Origin: Mizuhopecten yessoensis
Lineage: Eukaryota
Reading direction: 5' to 3'
NCBI RefSeq assembly: GCF_002113885.1
Contig: NW_018408845.1
Span: 698,979-762,978 of the forward strand
Length of the DNA: 64,000 nucleotides
The notes under the pieces are model-generated. The model was not told the origin of the DNA. It was given only the letters and a program-made list of their open reading frames with translations, and ran no database searches. Shown here in pieces: positions 40,901 to 52,900 of this stretch; the first letter of the stretch is position 1, and each line of letters opens with the position of its first letter. Position numbers and translations under genes: made by a program.

Positions 40901-43900
40901 ACTGTCACATTCTAATGTAAATTGTCACCTTCTAGTGTAAACTGTCACCTTTTAGTGTAAACTCACATTCTAGTGTAAACTGTCACCTTCTAGTGTAAAC
41001 TCACATTCTAGTGTAGACTGTCACCTTCTAGTGTAAACTGTCATCTTCTAATATAAACTGTCACATTCTAGTGTAAATTGTCACATTCTAGTGTAAACTG
41101 TAACATTCTAGTGTAAACTGTCATCTTCTAGTGTAAGCTGTCACCTTCTAGTGTAAACTCACATTCTAGTGTAAACTGTCACCTTCTAGTGTAAACTGTC
41201 ATCTTCTAGTGTAAACTCAAATTCTAGTGTAGACTGTCACCTTCTAGTGTAAACTGTCATCTTCTAGTATAAACTGTCACATTCTAGTGTAAATTGTCAC
41301 ATTCTAGTGTAAACTCACATTCTAGTGTAAACTGTCACCTTCTAGTGTAAACTGTCATCTTCTAGTGTAAGCTGTCACCTTCTAGTGTAAACTCACATTC
41401 TAGTGTAAACTGTCACCTTCTAGTGTAAACTGTCATCTTCTAGTGTAAGCTGTCACATTCTAGTGTAAACTTTCACATTCTAGTGTAAACTGTCACGTTC
41501 TAGTGTCTTATTTGAACAATTAATTAGCCGATTCTTTTAACTTATTCATCCCTAAAGACACATTTGAACCCTCCCAATTCAAAGGTTGGAATAGTTCATT
41601 AGAAAATTTCAGGGGTGAATGAGTTAAAGTCTTTGTTTATTAGCCTTAATTCAGTTATATTTCATGAAACCATGCTGACGAAACCGAAGTGTGGAGGGAC
41701 AGGAACACAGACACTCCCCATACTATAATACAGCCCATCAAAATTTTAACAACCACAAAAAAAGTGTTTGCAGAGCGTTGCTATTATATGGCAACCTCCA
41801 CAAAGCTGTCAACCCTCCCTGATTAGGAGGGAGACTCCCTCAGTTTTACCAAAATTTACCAATCTCCCTCGAAACTCTCTCATTCAAGTCCAAACTCACA
41901 CAAACTCAGAATCTACATCCTGTGGTCAAATGATCTCCTAGTTACTGCAGGGTGTATGTAATGACCATAACAGGTGTGTCTGAATCAAATGAATGCCTTT
42001 TGGGAGTTATTTTGTTACATAAAATGGGAAAGATCAATTGAGCAAACCAGTTTCAGTTGCATTTCATGCACTTTCTCCCTCATTAGAAATGTGAAATGAG
42101 GGAGATCTCCCTTTTTGGAGGTTTTAGAGGCTGACACCTATGCCTACAGGTTAGTGGTGTGACTGTCATCAGGAGTAACAGCTTAGTGGTATGACTGTCA
42201 TCAGGAGTAACAACTAAGTGGTACGACTGTCATCAGGAGTAACAGCCAAGTGGTACGACTGTCATCAGGAGTAACAGCTAAGTGGTACGACTGCCATCAG
42301 GAGTAACAGGTAAGTGTAATGACTGCCATCAGGAGTAACAGTTTAGTTGTATGACTGCCATCAGGAGTAACAGCTAAGTGGTACGACTGTCATCAGGAGT
42401 AACAGTTTAGTTGTATGACTGCCACCCATCACAAAACCATCTGATTTACAGGTTACATGTAGTTGTATCCCTGTGTATTTACAGTACACATCAAGAAAAG
42501 TGTAAACCTGTCCTGTATTTACACAAAGAAATTCCATGACGCTTGTACGGCTTGCGATGGGATTTTGATATGTGTCAAAAATGCAAAATATTGCTTCATA
42601 TATAAATATCACACAGAAATATTTACATCAAAATCAACCTTTGAGAATGATACAAAAAAAAAAGTATTATGATACCTGAATGTTTTTAAGAAGAAAGCGA
42701 TCTCATGTGGCTCCTGGTTTTCCACAGCTGACTCCACTATAGCTTCATACCTGTAAAATTAAACAATTGTTGCCATGAATAAAGTGACATGCACCATTTT
42801 CTGGTTTCTGCTAACCAAAAAATTAAATTGCATCTTTGTATTCTGGGATAGAAGCTTCATTATTCAGCAGTGTTAAAGCATATCACATATTTTATTTTGG
42901 GTTTTTTTAAGTCTTTTACATTATCAATTATCTAATGAATATTAGATGATTACCACTGTGAAAACATGTGTAGATTAACTTAAATCATAAATGCATTGTC
43001 ATCGATCATTTAATTGGTCTGAGACAGAAGAATTGTACATACAAGAGGCCCAAGGGGCCTTAGCAGTCACCTGAGTTATATCATAGGTACTGGTAGCTTT
43101 ATTTTATTATTTAGATGTGATGTGGAAATGAGCATGTAAACTAAGTGAAATACAATACTTGTCATGTCATCAAAGGATAAGAATTTTAAAATATTGGTAA
43201 ATGTTCCCTTTGGGGCCCCGCCCTGGAACTTTGGGATGGGGCAAGAATTCCAACGATGTAATATCCTCATCCACCAAAGATAATTCTGACCAAGTTTGAA
43301 TAATTTTCTGCTAAAAATGGATAAAATATATCCAAAAGTGTTATTTCCCTATATAAACTAGTTAACTTTACCCCCTCCCCAAGGGAGAAGGGATAGCTCG
43401 GGGGTCCTGAAATTAACAATTTCAATAAAGCTCCTGATGATCTTTCTATCCATGCACTGAAATTGACAGTAGTATCTCTGAGTCTGGAGAAGAAGATTTT
43501 TGAAATAGTGGTAAATTTTTCCATTGGGGCTCGCTCTGGCCCCTAAGGTTGGGGTAGGAATCCCAATTTTACAAATTAAAACCATCTTCCTCCAAGGATA
43601 ATTCTCACCAAGTAAGAATAATTTCCTACAGAAAATTGTCAAAATATACACAAAAGTGTTATTTCCCTAGATAAACTATAGTAAACTTCACCCCCTCCCC
43701 AAGGGAGAAGGGATGGCCCGGGGGTCCTGAAATAAACAATTTAAATATAGCCCCTGATTATCTTTCCATCCATGCAGAGAAAACGACTGTAGTACCTCTG
43801 AGTCAGGAAAAGAAGATTTTTGAAATATTGGTTAATTTTCCCTTTGGGGCCCCACCTTGGCCCAAGGGGTTGGGGTAGGAATCCCAATTTTACAATTTAA

Positions 43901-46900
43901 AACCATCTTCATCCAAGAATAATTCTCCCCAAGTAAGAATAATTCCTTACAGAAAATTGTCAAAATATACCCAAAAATGTTGATTCCCTATATAAACTAT
44001 AGTAAACTTTACCCCCTCCTCAAGGGAAAACGGATAGATCGGGGTCCTGAAATTGTAAATTTCAATAAAGCCCCTAATGATCTTTCCATCCATGCAGAAA
44101 AGATGACTGTAGTACCTCTGAGTCTGGAGAAGAAATTTTTTGAAATATTGGTTAATTTTCCCTTTGGGGCCCTACCCTGGCCCCAGGGGTTAGGGCAGGA
44201 ATCCCAATTTTACAATTTTGCAGCTTCATCTACCAAGCATGATTCTGATCGAGTTTGAAAAATTCCATCCGCTGGTTCTTGGGAAGAAGTTGAAAATGTA
44301 AAAAGTTTACGCACGACGCACCACGACGGGCGGAAAGTGATCGGAATAGGTCACTTGAGCAAAGCTCAGATGACCTAATAACTATTGGGAAGCAGAATTA
44401 TACAAACAAACTATTGGGGTTTAACACAGAAAAATTTGCATACAAACTACTGGGGTCTGAGACAGTAGAATTATACATATAAACTATTGGGGTTTGACAC
44501 AGCAGAATTATACATACAAACTATGAGGGTCTGACACAGCAGAATTATACATACAAACTATTGGGGTCTGAGACAGCAGAATTATACATGTAAACTATTG
44601 GGGTCTGAGACAGTAGAATTATACATATAAACTATTGGGGTCTGACACAGCAGAATTATACACACAAACTACTGGGGTTTGACACAGCAGAATTATACAT
44701 TCAAACTACTGGGGTCTGAGACAGCCGAGTTATACATATAAACTTTGTGGGGTCTGAGACAGCAGAATTATACATACAAACTATTGGGGTCTGAGACAGT
44801 AGAATTATACATATAAACTATTGGGGTCTGACACAGCAGAATTATACACACAAACTACTGGGGTTTGACACAGCAGAATTATACATTCAAACTACTGGGG
44901 TCTGAGACAGCAGAATTATACATATAAACTATTGGGGTCTGAGACAGTAGAATTATACATATAAACTATTGGGGTCTGACACAGCAGAATTATACACACA
45001 AACTACTGGGGTTTGACACAGCAGAATTATACATTCAAACTACTGGGGTCTGAGACAGCAGAATTATACATATAAACTATTGGGGTCTGAGACAGTAGAA
45101 TTATACATATAAACTATTGGGGTCTGACACAGCAGAATTATACACACAAACTACTGGGGTTTGACACAGCAGAATCATACATTCAAACTACTGGGGTCTG
45201 AGACAGCAGAGTTATACATATAAACTTTGTGGGGTCTGAGACAGAAGAATTATACATACAAACAATTGGGGTCTGAGACAGTAGAATTATACGTATAAAC
45301 TATTGGGGTCTGAGACAGCTGAATTATACACACAAACTATTGGGGTCTGAGACAGAAGAATTATACATATAAACAAATGGGGGCTTAGACAGCAAAAATA
45401 TACATTCAAACAATTGGGGTCTGAGACAGCAGAATTATACATACACACAATTGGGGTCTGAGCCGGAAGAATTATACATATAAACAAATGGGGTCTTAGA
45501 CAGCAAAAATATACATTCAAACAATTGGGGTCTGAGACAGCAGAATTATACATACAAACAATTGGGGTCTGAGACAAGAATTATACATGTACATACAAAC
45601 TACTGGGATCTCAGACAGCAGAATTATACATACAAACTATTGGGGTCCGAGACAGCAGAATTATACATACACACAATTGGGGTCTGAGACAGAAGAATTA
45701 TACATATAAACAAATGGGGTCTTAGACAGCAAAAATATACATTCAAACAATTGGGGTCTGAGACAGCAGAATTATACATACAAACTATTGAGGTATGAGA
45801 CAGAAGAATTATACATACAAACAATTGGGGTCTGAGACAGTAGAATTATACGTATAAACTATTGGGGTCTGAGACAGCTGAATTATACACACAAACTATT
45901 GGGGTCTGAGACAGTAGAATTATACATATAAACTAATGGGGTCTGAGACAGCAGAATTATACATATAAACAAATGGGGTCTGAGACAGTAGAATTATACA
46001 TATAAACTAATGGGGTCTGAGACAGCAGAATTATACATATAAGCTAATGGGGACTGAGACAGCAGAAGTATACACACAAACTACTGGGGTTTGACACAGC
46101 AGAATTATACACACAAACTACTGGGGTCTGAGACAGCAGAATTATACACACAAACTATAGGGGTCAGACACAGCAGAATTATACATATAAGCTAATGGGG
46201 TCTGAGACAGTAGAATTATACATATAAACTATTGGGGTCTGACACAGCAGAATTATACACACAAACTACTGGGGTCTGAGACAGAAGAATTTGACATATT
46301 AACTATTGAGGTCTGAGACAGTAGAATTATACATTTAAACTTTTGGGGTCTGAGACAGCTGAATTATACACACAAACTACTGGGGTTTGACACAGCAGAA
46401 TTATACATACAAACAATTGGGGTCTGAGACAGAAGAGTTATACATATAAACTGTGTGGGGTCTGAGACAGAAGAATTATACATGTAAACTATTGGGGTCT
46501 GAGACAGTAGAATTATACATATAAACTATTGGGGTCTGACACAGCATAATTATACACACAAACTACTGGGATACACACAAACTACTGGGGTTTGACACAG
46601 AAGAATTATACATTCAAACTACTGGGGTCTGAGACAGCAGAGTTATACATATAAACTGTGTGGGGTCTGAGACAGAAGAATTATACATACAAACTATTGG
46701 GGTCTGAGACAGTAGAATAATACATATAAACTTTTGGGGTCTGAGACAGCTGAATTATACACACAAACTACTGGGGTTTGACACAGCAGAATTATACATA
46801 CAAACAATTGGGATCTGAGACAGCAGAATTATACATACAAACAATTGGTGTCTTAGACAGCAGAATTATACATACAAACTTTTGAGGTCTGAGACAGCAG

Positions 46901-49900
46901 AATTATACATACAAACAATTGGGGTCTGAAGCAGCAGAATTATACATACAAACAATTAGGGTCTGAGACAGCAGAATTATACATACAAACTATTGAGGTC
47001 TGAGACAAATTATACATGTACATACAAACTACTGGGATCTCAGACAGCAGAATTATACATACAAACTATTGGGGTCCGAGACAGCAGAATTATACATACA
47101 AACAATTGGGGTCTGAGACAGAAGAATTATACATATAAACAAATGGGGTCTTAGACAGCAAAAATATACATACAAACAATTGGGGTCTGAGACAGCAGAA
47201 TTATACATACAAACAATTGGGGTCTGAGACAGCAGAATTATACATACAAACTATTGAGGTCTGAGACAGCAGAATTATACATACAAACAATTGGGGTCTG
47301 AGACAGCAGAATTATACATACAAACTATTGGGGTCTGAGACAGTAGAATTATACATATAAACTAATGGGGTCTGAGACAGTAGAATTATACATATAAACT
47401 ATTGAGGTCTGAGACAGCTGAATTATACATACAAACTATTGGGGTCTGAGACAGCAGAATTATACATACAAACAATTAGGGTCTGAGACAGCAGAATTAT
47501 AATTACAAACTATTGAGGTCTGAGACAGCAGAATTATACATACAAACAATTGGGGTCTGAGACAAGAATTATACATGTACATACAAACTACTGGGATCTC
47601 AGACAGCAGAATTATACATACAAACTATTGGGGTCCGAGACAGCAGAATTATACATACAAACAATTGGGGTCTGAGACAGAAGAATTATACATATAATCA
47701 AATGGGGTCTTAGACAGCAAAAATATACATACAAACAATTGGGGTCTGTGACAGCAGAATTATACATACAAACAATTGGGGTCTGAGACAGCAGAATTAT
47801 ACATACAAACTATTGGGGTCTGAGACAGCAGAATTATACATACAAACAATTGGGGTCTGAGACAGCAGAATTATACATACAAACTATTGGGGTCTGAGAC
47901 AGCAGAATTATACATACAAACAATTGGGGTCTGAGACAGCAGAATTATACATACAAACAATTGGGGTCTGAGACAGCAGAATTATACATACAAACTATTG
48001 AGGTCTGAGACAGCAGAATTATACATACAAACAATTGGGGTCTGAGACAGCAGAATTATACATACAAACTATTGGGGTCTGAGACAGCAGAATTATACAT
48101 ACAAACAATTGGGGTCTGAGACAGCAGAATTATACATACAAACAATTGGGGTCTGAGACAGCAGAATTATACATACAAACTATTGAGGTCTGAGACAGCA
48201 GAATTATACATACAAACAATTGGGGTCTGAGACAGCAGAATTATACATACAAACTATTGGGGTCTGAGACAGCAGAATTATACATACAAACAATTGGGGT
48301 CTGAGACAGCAGAATTATACATACAAACTATTGAGGTCTGAGACAGCAGAATTATACATACAAACAATTGGGGTCTGAGACAGCAGAATTATACATACAA
48401 ACTATTGAGGTCTGAGACAGCAGAATTATACATACAAACAATTGGGGTCTGAGACAGCAGAATTATACATTCAAACAATTGGGGTCTGAGACAGCAGAAT
48501 TATACATACAAACTATTGAGGTCTGAGACAGCAGAATTATACATACAAACAATTGGGGTCTGAGACAAGAATTATACATATACATACAAACTACTGGGAT
48601 CTCAGACAGCAGAATTATACATACAAACTATTGGGGTCCGAGACAGCAGTGTTACAAACTACTGGGGTCTGAGACTTCAGGATTAAATATACAATTTTTT
48701 ATCATATTAGTTTGTACCTGGTAGGTTTACACATACAAATTACAGGGGTCTGATATAGCAGGGAAGAACATATTAGAGATAAAAATTCACTTACTCAATC
48801 ATCTTACTTATAAGTTTGGTGGCGGTGTCTTCGGGCAGTAGGCTAAGATCAATGTCACCCTCATCCATTTCAGGTTGGTAGTATATTGACAGAAGACTGA
48901 AATAAAAATAACTAACATAGTGACAGGTATTCTCTGATGACAGGTAAAAACTAAAGGTAGCCACCCAATAACAGGTGACCACTCAGGTAGCCTCTAAAGT
49001 ATAGGTGACCACTCAGGTAGCCTCTCAAGTATAGGTGACCACTCAGGTAGCCTCTCAAATATAGGAGACCACTCAGGTAGCCTCTAAATTATAGGTGACC
49101 ATTCAGGTAGCCACTCAATTATAGGTGACCACTTAGGTAATCTCTCAATTATAGGTGACAACTCAGGTGGCCTATAAATTATAGGTGACCAATCAGGAGG
49201 CATCTCAATTATAGGTGACCATTCAGGTAGGCTCTCAATTATAGGTGACCCCTCAGGTAGCCTCTAAAGTATAGGTGACCCCTCAGGTAGCCTCTCAATT
49301 ATAGGTGACCCCTCAGGTGGCCTCTCAATTATAGGTGACCTCTAAGGTAGGCTCTCAAGTATAGGTGGCCGCTCAGGTAGTCTGTAAATTATAGGTGACC
49401 ACTCATGTAGTCTTTCAATTATAGGTGACCATTCAGGTAGCCACTCAATTATAGGTGACCACGCAGGTAGTCTCTCAAGGATAGGCGACCACTCAGGGAG
49501 CCTCTCAATTATAGGTGATCACTCAGGTAGTCTCTCAAATATAGGTGACCACTCAGGTGGCTTCTCAATTATAGGTGACCATTCAGGTAGCCACTCAATT
49601 ATAGGTGACCACTAAGGTAGTCTTTCAAGTATAGGCGACCACTCAGGTAGCCTATCAATTATAGGTGACCACTTAGGTAATCTCTCAATTATAGGTGACC
49701 TCTAAGGTAGGCTCTCAAGTATAGGTGACCTCTCAGGTAGTATTTCAATTATAGGTGATCATTCAGGAAGCCACTCAATTATAGGTGACCACTTAGGTAG
49801 CCTCTCAATTTTAGGGGACCACTCAGGTAGTCTCTCCATTATAGGTGACCACTCAGGGGGCCTCTCAATTATAGGTGATCACTCAGGTAGTCTCTCAAAT

Positions 49901-52900
49901 ATAGGTGACCACTTAGGTAGTCTCTCAATTATAAGTGACCACTCAGGTAGTCTCTCCATTATAGGTGACCACTCAGTAGCCTCTCAAGTATAGGTGACCT
50001 CTCAGGTAGTATTTCAATTATAGGTGATCATTCAGGTAGCCACTCAATTATAGGTGACCACTTAGGTAATCTCTCAATTATAGGTGACCAATCAGGAGGC
50101 ATCTCAATTATAGGTGACCACACAGGTAGTCTCTCAATTATAAGTGACCACTCAGGTAGTCTCACAATTATAGGTGACCACTCAAGTAGTCTCTCAATGA
50201 GAGATGACCACTCATGCAGTCTTTTAATGATAGATGATCCCTCAGGAAGTGTTTCAACAATACTAAAGTATAGGTGACCACTCAGTTAGCCTCTCAAGTA
50301 TAGGTGGCCGCTCAGGTAGTCTGTAAATTATAGGTGACCACTCAAGTAGACTCTCAATTATAGGTGACCTCTAAGGTAGGCTCTCAAGTATAGGTGGCCG
50401 CTCAGGTAGTCTGTAAATTATAGGTGACCACTCAGGGGGCCTCTCAATTATAGGTGATCACTCAGGTAGTCTCTCAAGTATAGGTGACCATTCAGGTAGC
50501 CACTCAATTATAGGTGACCACACAGGTAGTCTCTCAATTATAGGTGAACACTCAAGTAGTCTCTCAATTATAGGTGAACACTCAAGTAGTCTCTCAATTA
50601 TAGGTGACCATTCAGGAAGCCACTCAATTATAGGTGATCATTCAGGTAGCCACTCAATTCACTCAGGTAGTCCCTTAATGATAGGAGATTCCTCAGTCTC
50701 CCAATGAGATATGACCACTGAGGCAATCATTTAATGATATGTGATTCCTCAGGAAGTGTTTCAATGATAGACCACTCAAGTAGTCTCTCAATGAGAGATG
50801 ACCACTCAAGTAGCCTCTCAATGAGAGATGACCACTCAAGAAGTTTCTCAATAAGAGATGACCACTCAAGTAGTCTCTCAATGAGAGATGATCACTCAAG
50901 AAGTCTCTGAATGAGAGATGACCACTCAAGAAATCTCTCAATGAGAGATGACCACTCAAGTAGTCTCTCAATGAGAGATGACCACTCATGCAGTCTTTTA
51001 AAGATAGATGATCCCTCAGGAAGTGTTTCAACAATAGATCACTCAAGTAATCTCTCAATCATAGAGAGAATAATTTATATATTTAGAAAGCTTTATATAG
51101 GGATTATATTTTGGGGAGTGAACGTGTGGCAAGAATTTCCAAATAGCTGTCACAACTTTAGGTATGTATTTGAAACCTTTCTCTCAGCATTACTAAAAGG
51201 AACGCAGTTAAGGGAGGTTAATCGAGGGAAGTCACTTAATTGGCATAAAGAAAATTTGGGGAGGCAACTGTTAGCATGAAAACACCATAGTGGAACTCTC
51301 TATAATGTTGTCACCAGCGGTACAGGGATCTTTGATAGAGTTGCAAAGAAAAAAGGTTCTGAGATGTTCTCTGAATAGTCTCGATGCTCCGTCTACTAGA
51401 AATGTCTTGTGATATATCATATGAGACTTCGGGTGACCTGAAAACTTAACTTCTATACATAACTCATCTCCATGATTGAGCTTTTTGTTTCTTGTGCAAT
51501 TGTGTCTGAATAAATTTTTGTGACCTATAAGAATTTGTTATCTCTTTTTGCAAAGTTGAATGAAAATTTCTATGCTGCAAAACAAATGATTTTAGCAATC
51601 ATCACTGAAAAATAGGCACATGAATTTCGTGAATTTGTATGTTCGATGTTTCATGTACCTGCATAGCCGTGAATGACAGTAGTGCATCATACTGCCATCA
51701 TGTGTACCTTGCTGGATCAATTTAGTCCAGTCAAAAGTGTAGTCTCTTTTCTTTACTTTCCTTAGATCCCAAAACACTAGTGTAGTCAGGGCAATGACTT
51801 CTGCAGCTCGATCCTTCTCTTCCCCTTCTACTCTTGTTGCTGCGAGCAAAAGCATGGTATACAAGTTATAATGCCTGTGACATAAAAACCATCCTTCTCA
51901 CTGAATTTGGTCAAGATGGACGTGCCATTTTTGTGACTTGATGAGCATTATCTTATCTAATGAAATATAATGCCTTTACAATTTACACAATATTATTTGC
52001 TTCTAGCTCATTTCTTAATGAGTTGAAAATCTCAAGCGAGATAAAAATGGGAAAAAAAATTAAATGAAATAAATATTTACACCATCTGAACCAGATCCAA
52101 TCTTCGCTGAAATACATTTAAGTGAACACAAGTTCACAATTTGTTTTTGTTTGGAAGACCCTTACTCATAAGGAATTGCAGTACTAACTTTCAGACCTGT
52201 CCATAGCCGACAGGACCACCTGCTTTAGGTCGTCAAGGAACAAGAGTAACAGTATGTGATTGCCTCTCCTGGTACTCATGTGTCCGATTCTTCCAAATGC
52301 TACATGAAGAGAATCCCCATACCTACAAGTAACACAACACACAGTTAATGAATTAACTACTCGGTATCAATTTATGTTACCTTGTCCAGGAGATGTTCTT
52401 ATTACATGTAAAGCTAGATCAGTGAAAACTTTTGACTAATCTTTTTAAATAGTAACAGTAACCTTGACCCTGGAGCACTGAAATACACACTCATTGAAGG
52501 AGTTCTTATATGGGGAGGTGACTATATAACGATGGGGGCATCTAATGTCACTAGAGAGTTGGCACTGAAACCGTTAATAACTCTCTATAAATAGCAACAT
52601 GACCTATCTTTATAAGTCGACTTTATCTTTGTATCCTGAAATACAAACTTGTTCCAGATAAACTGTTAACTCATCTTTGAATAAAGTTTGAAAAAATATG
52701 AAGATAGACAGCAAGTGGCTATGGTCTTGACCTTGGCACATTGAAAAAAGCCTTGGCACACTGAAAAAGGGGGGGGGGGGGAATGTAGGTATTTGAACAT
52801 ACCATCCTCAATACGCCAGGGGTTTCACCCACTTACGCTATCTGCAGCGTAAGTGAGCGTTACCTCTGGCAGAGAGCGTAAGTGAGTGTAACCCCTGGCA

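Noticed and set aside
50693-51058. Repetitive ORF ([10 protein letters not shown])n
   Set aside because: Translation of a 30-bp minisatellite inside a RARS2 intron; the RARS2 frame is complete without it.
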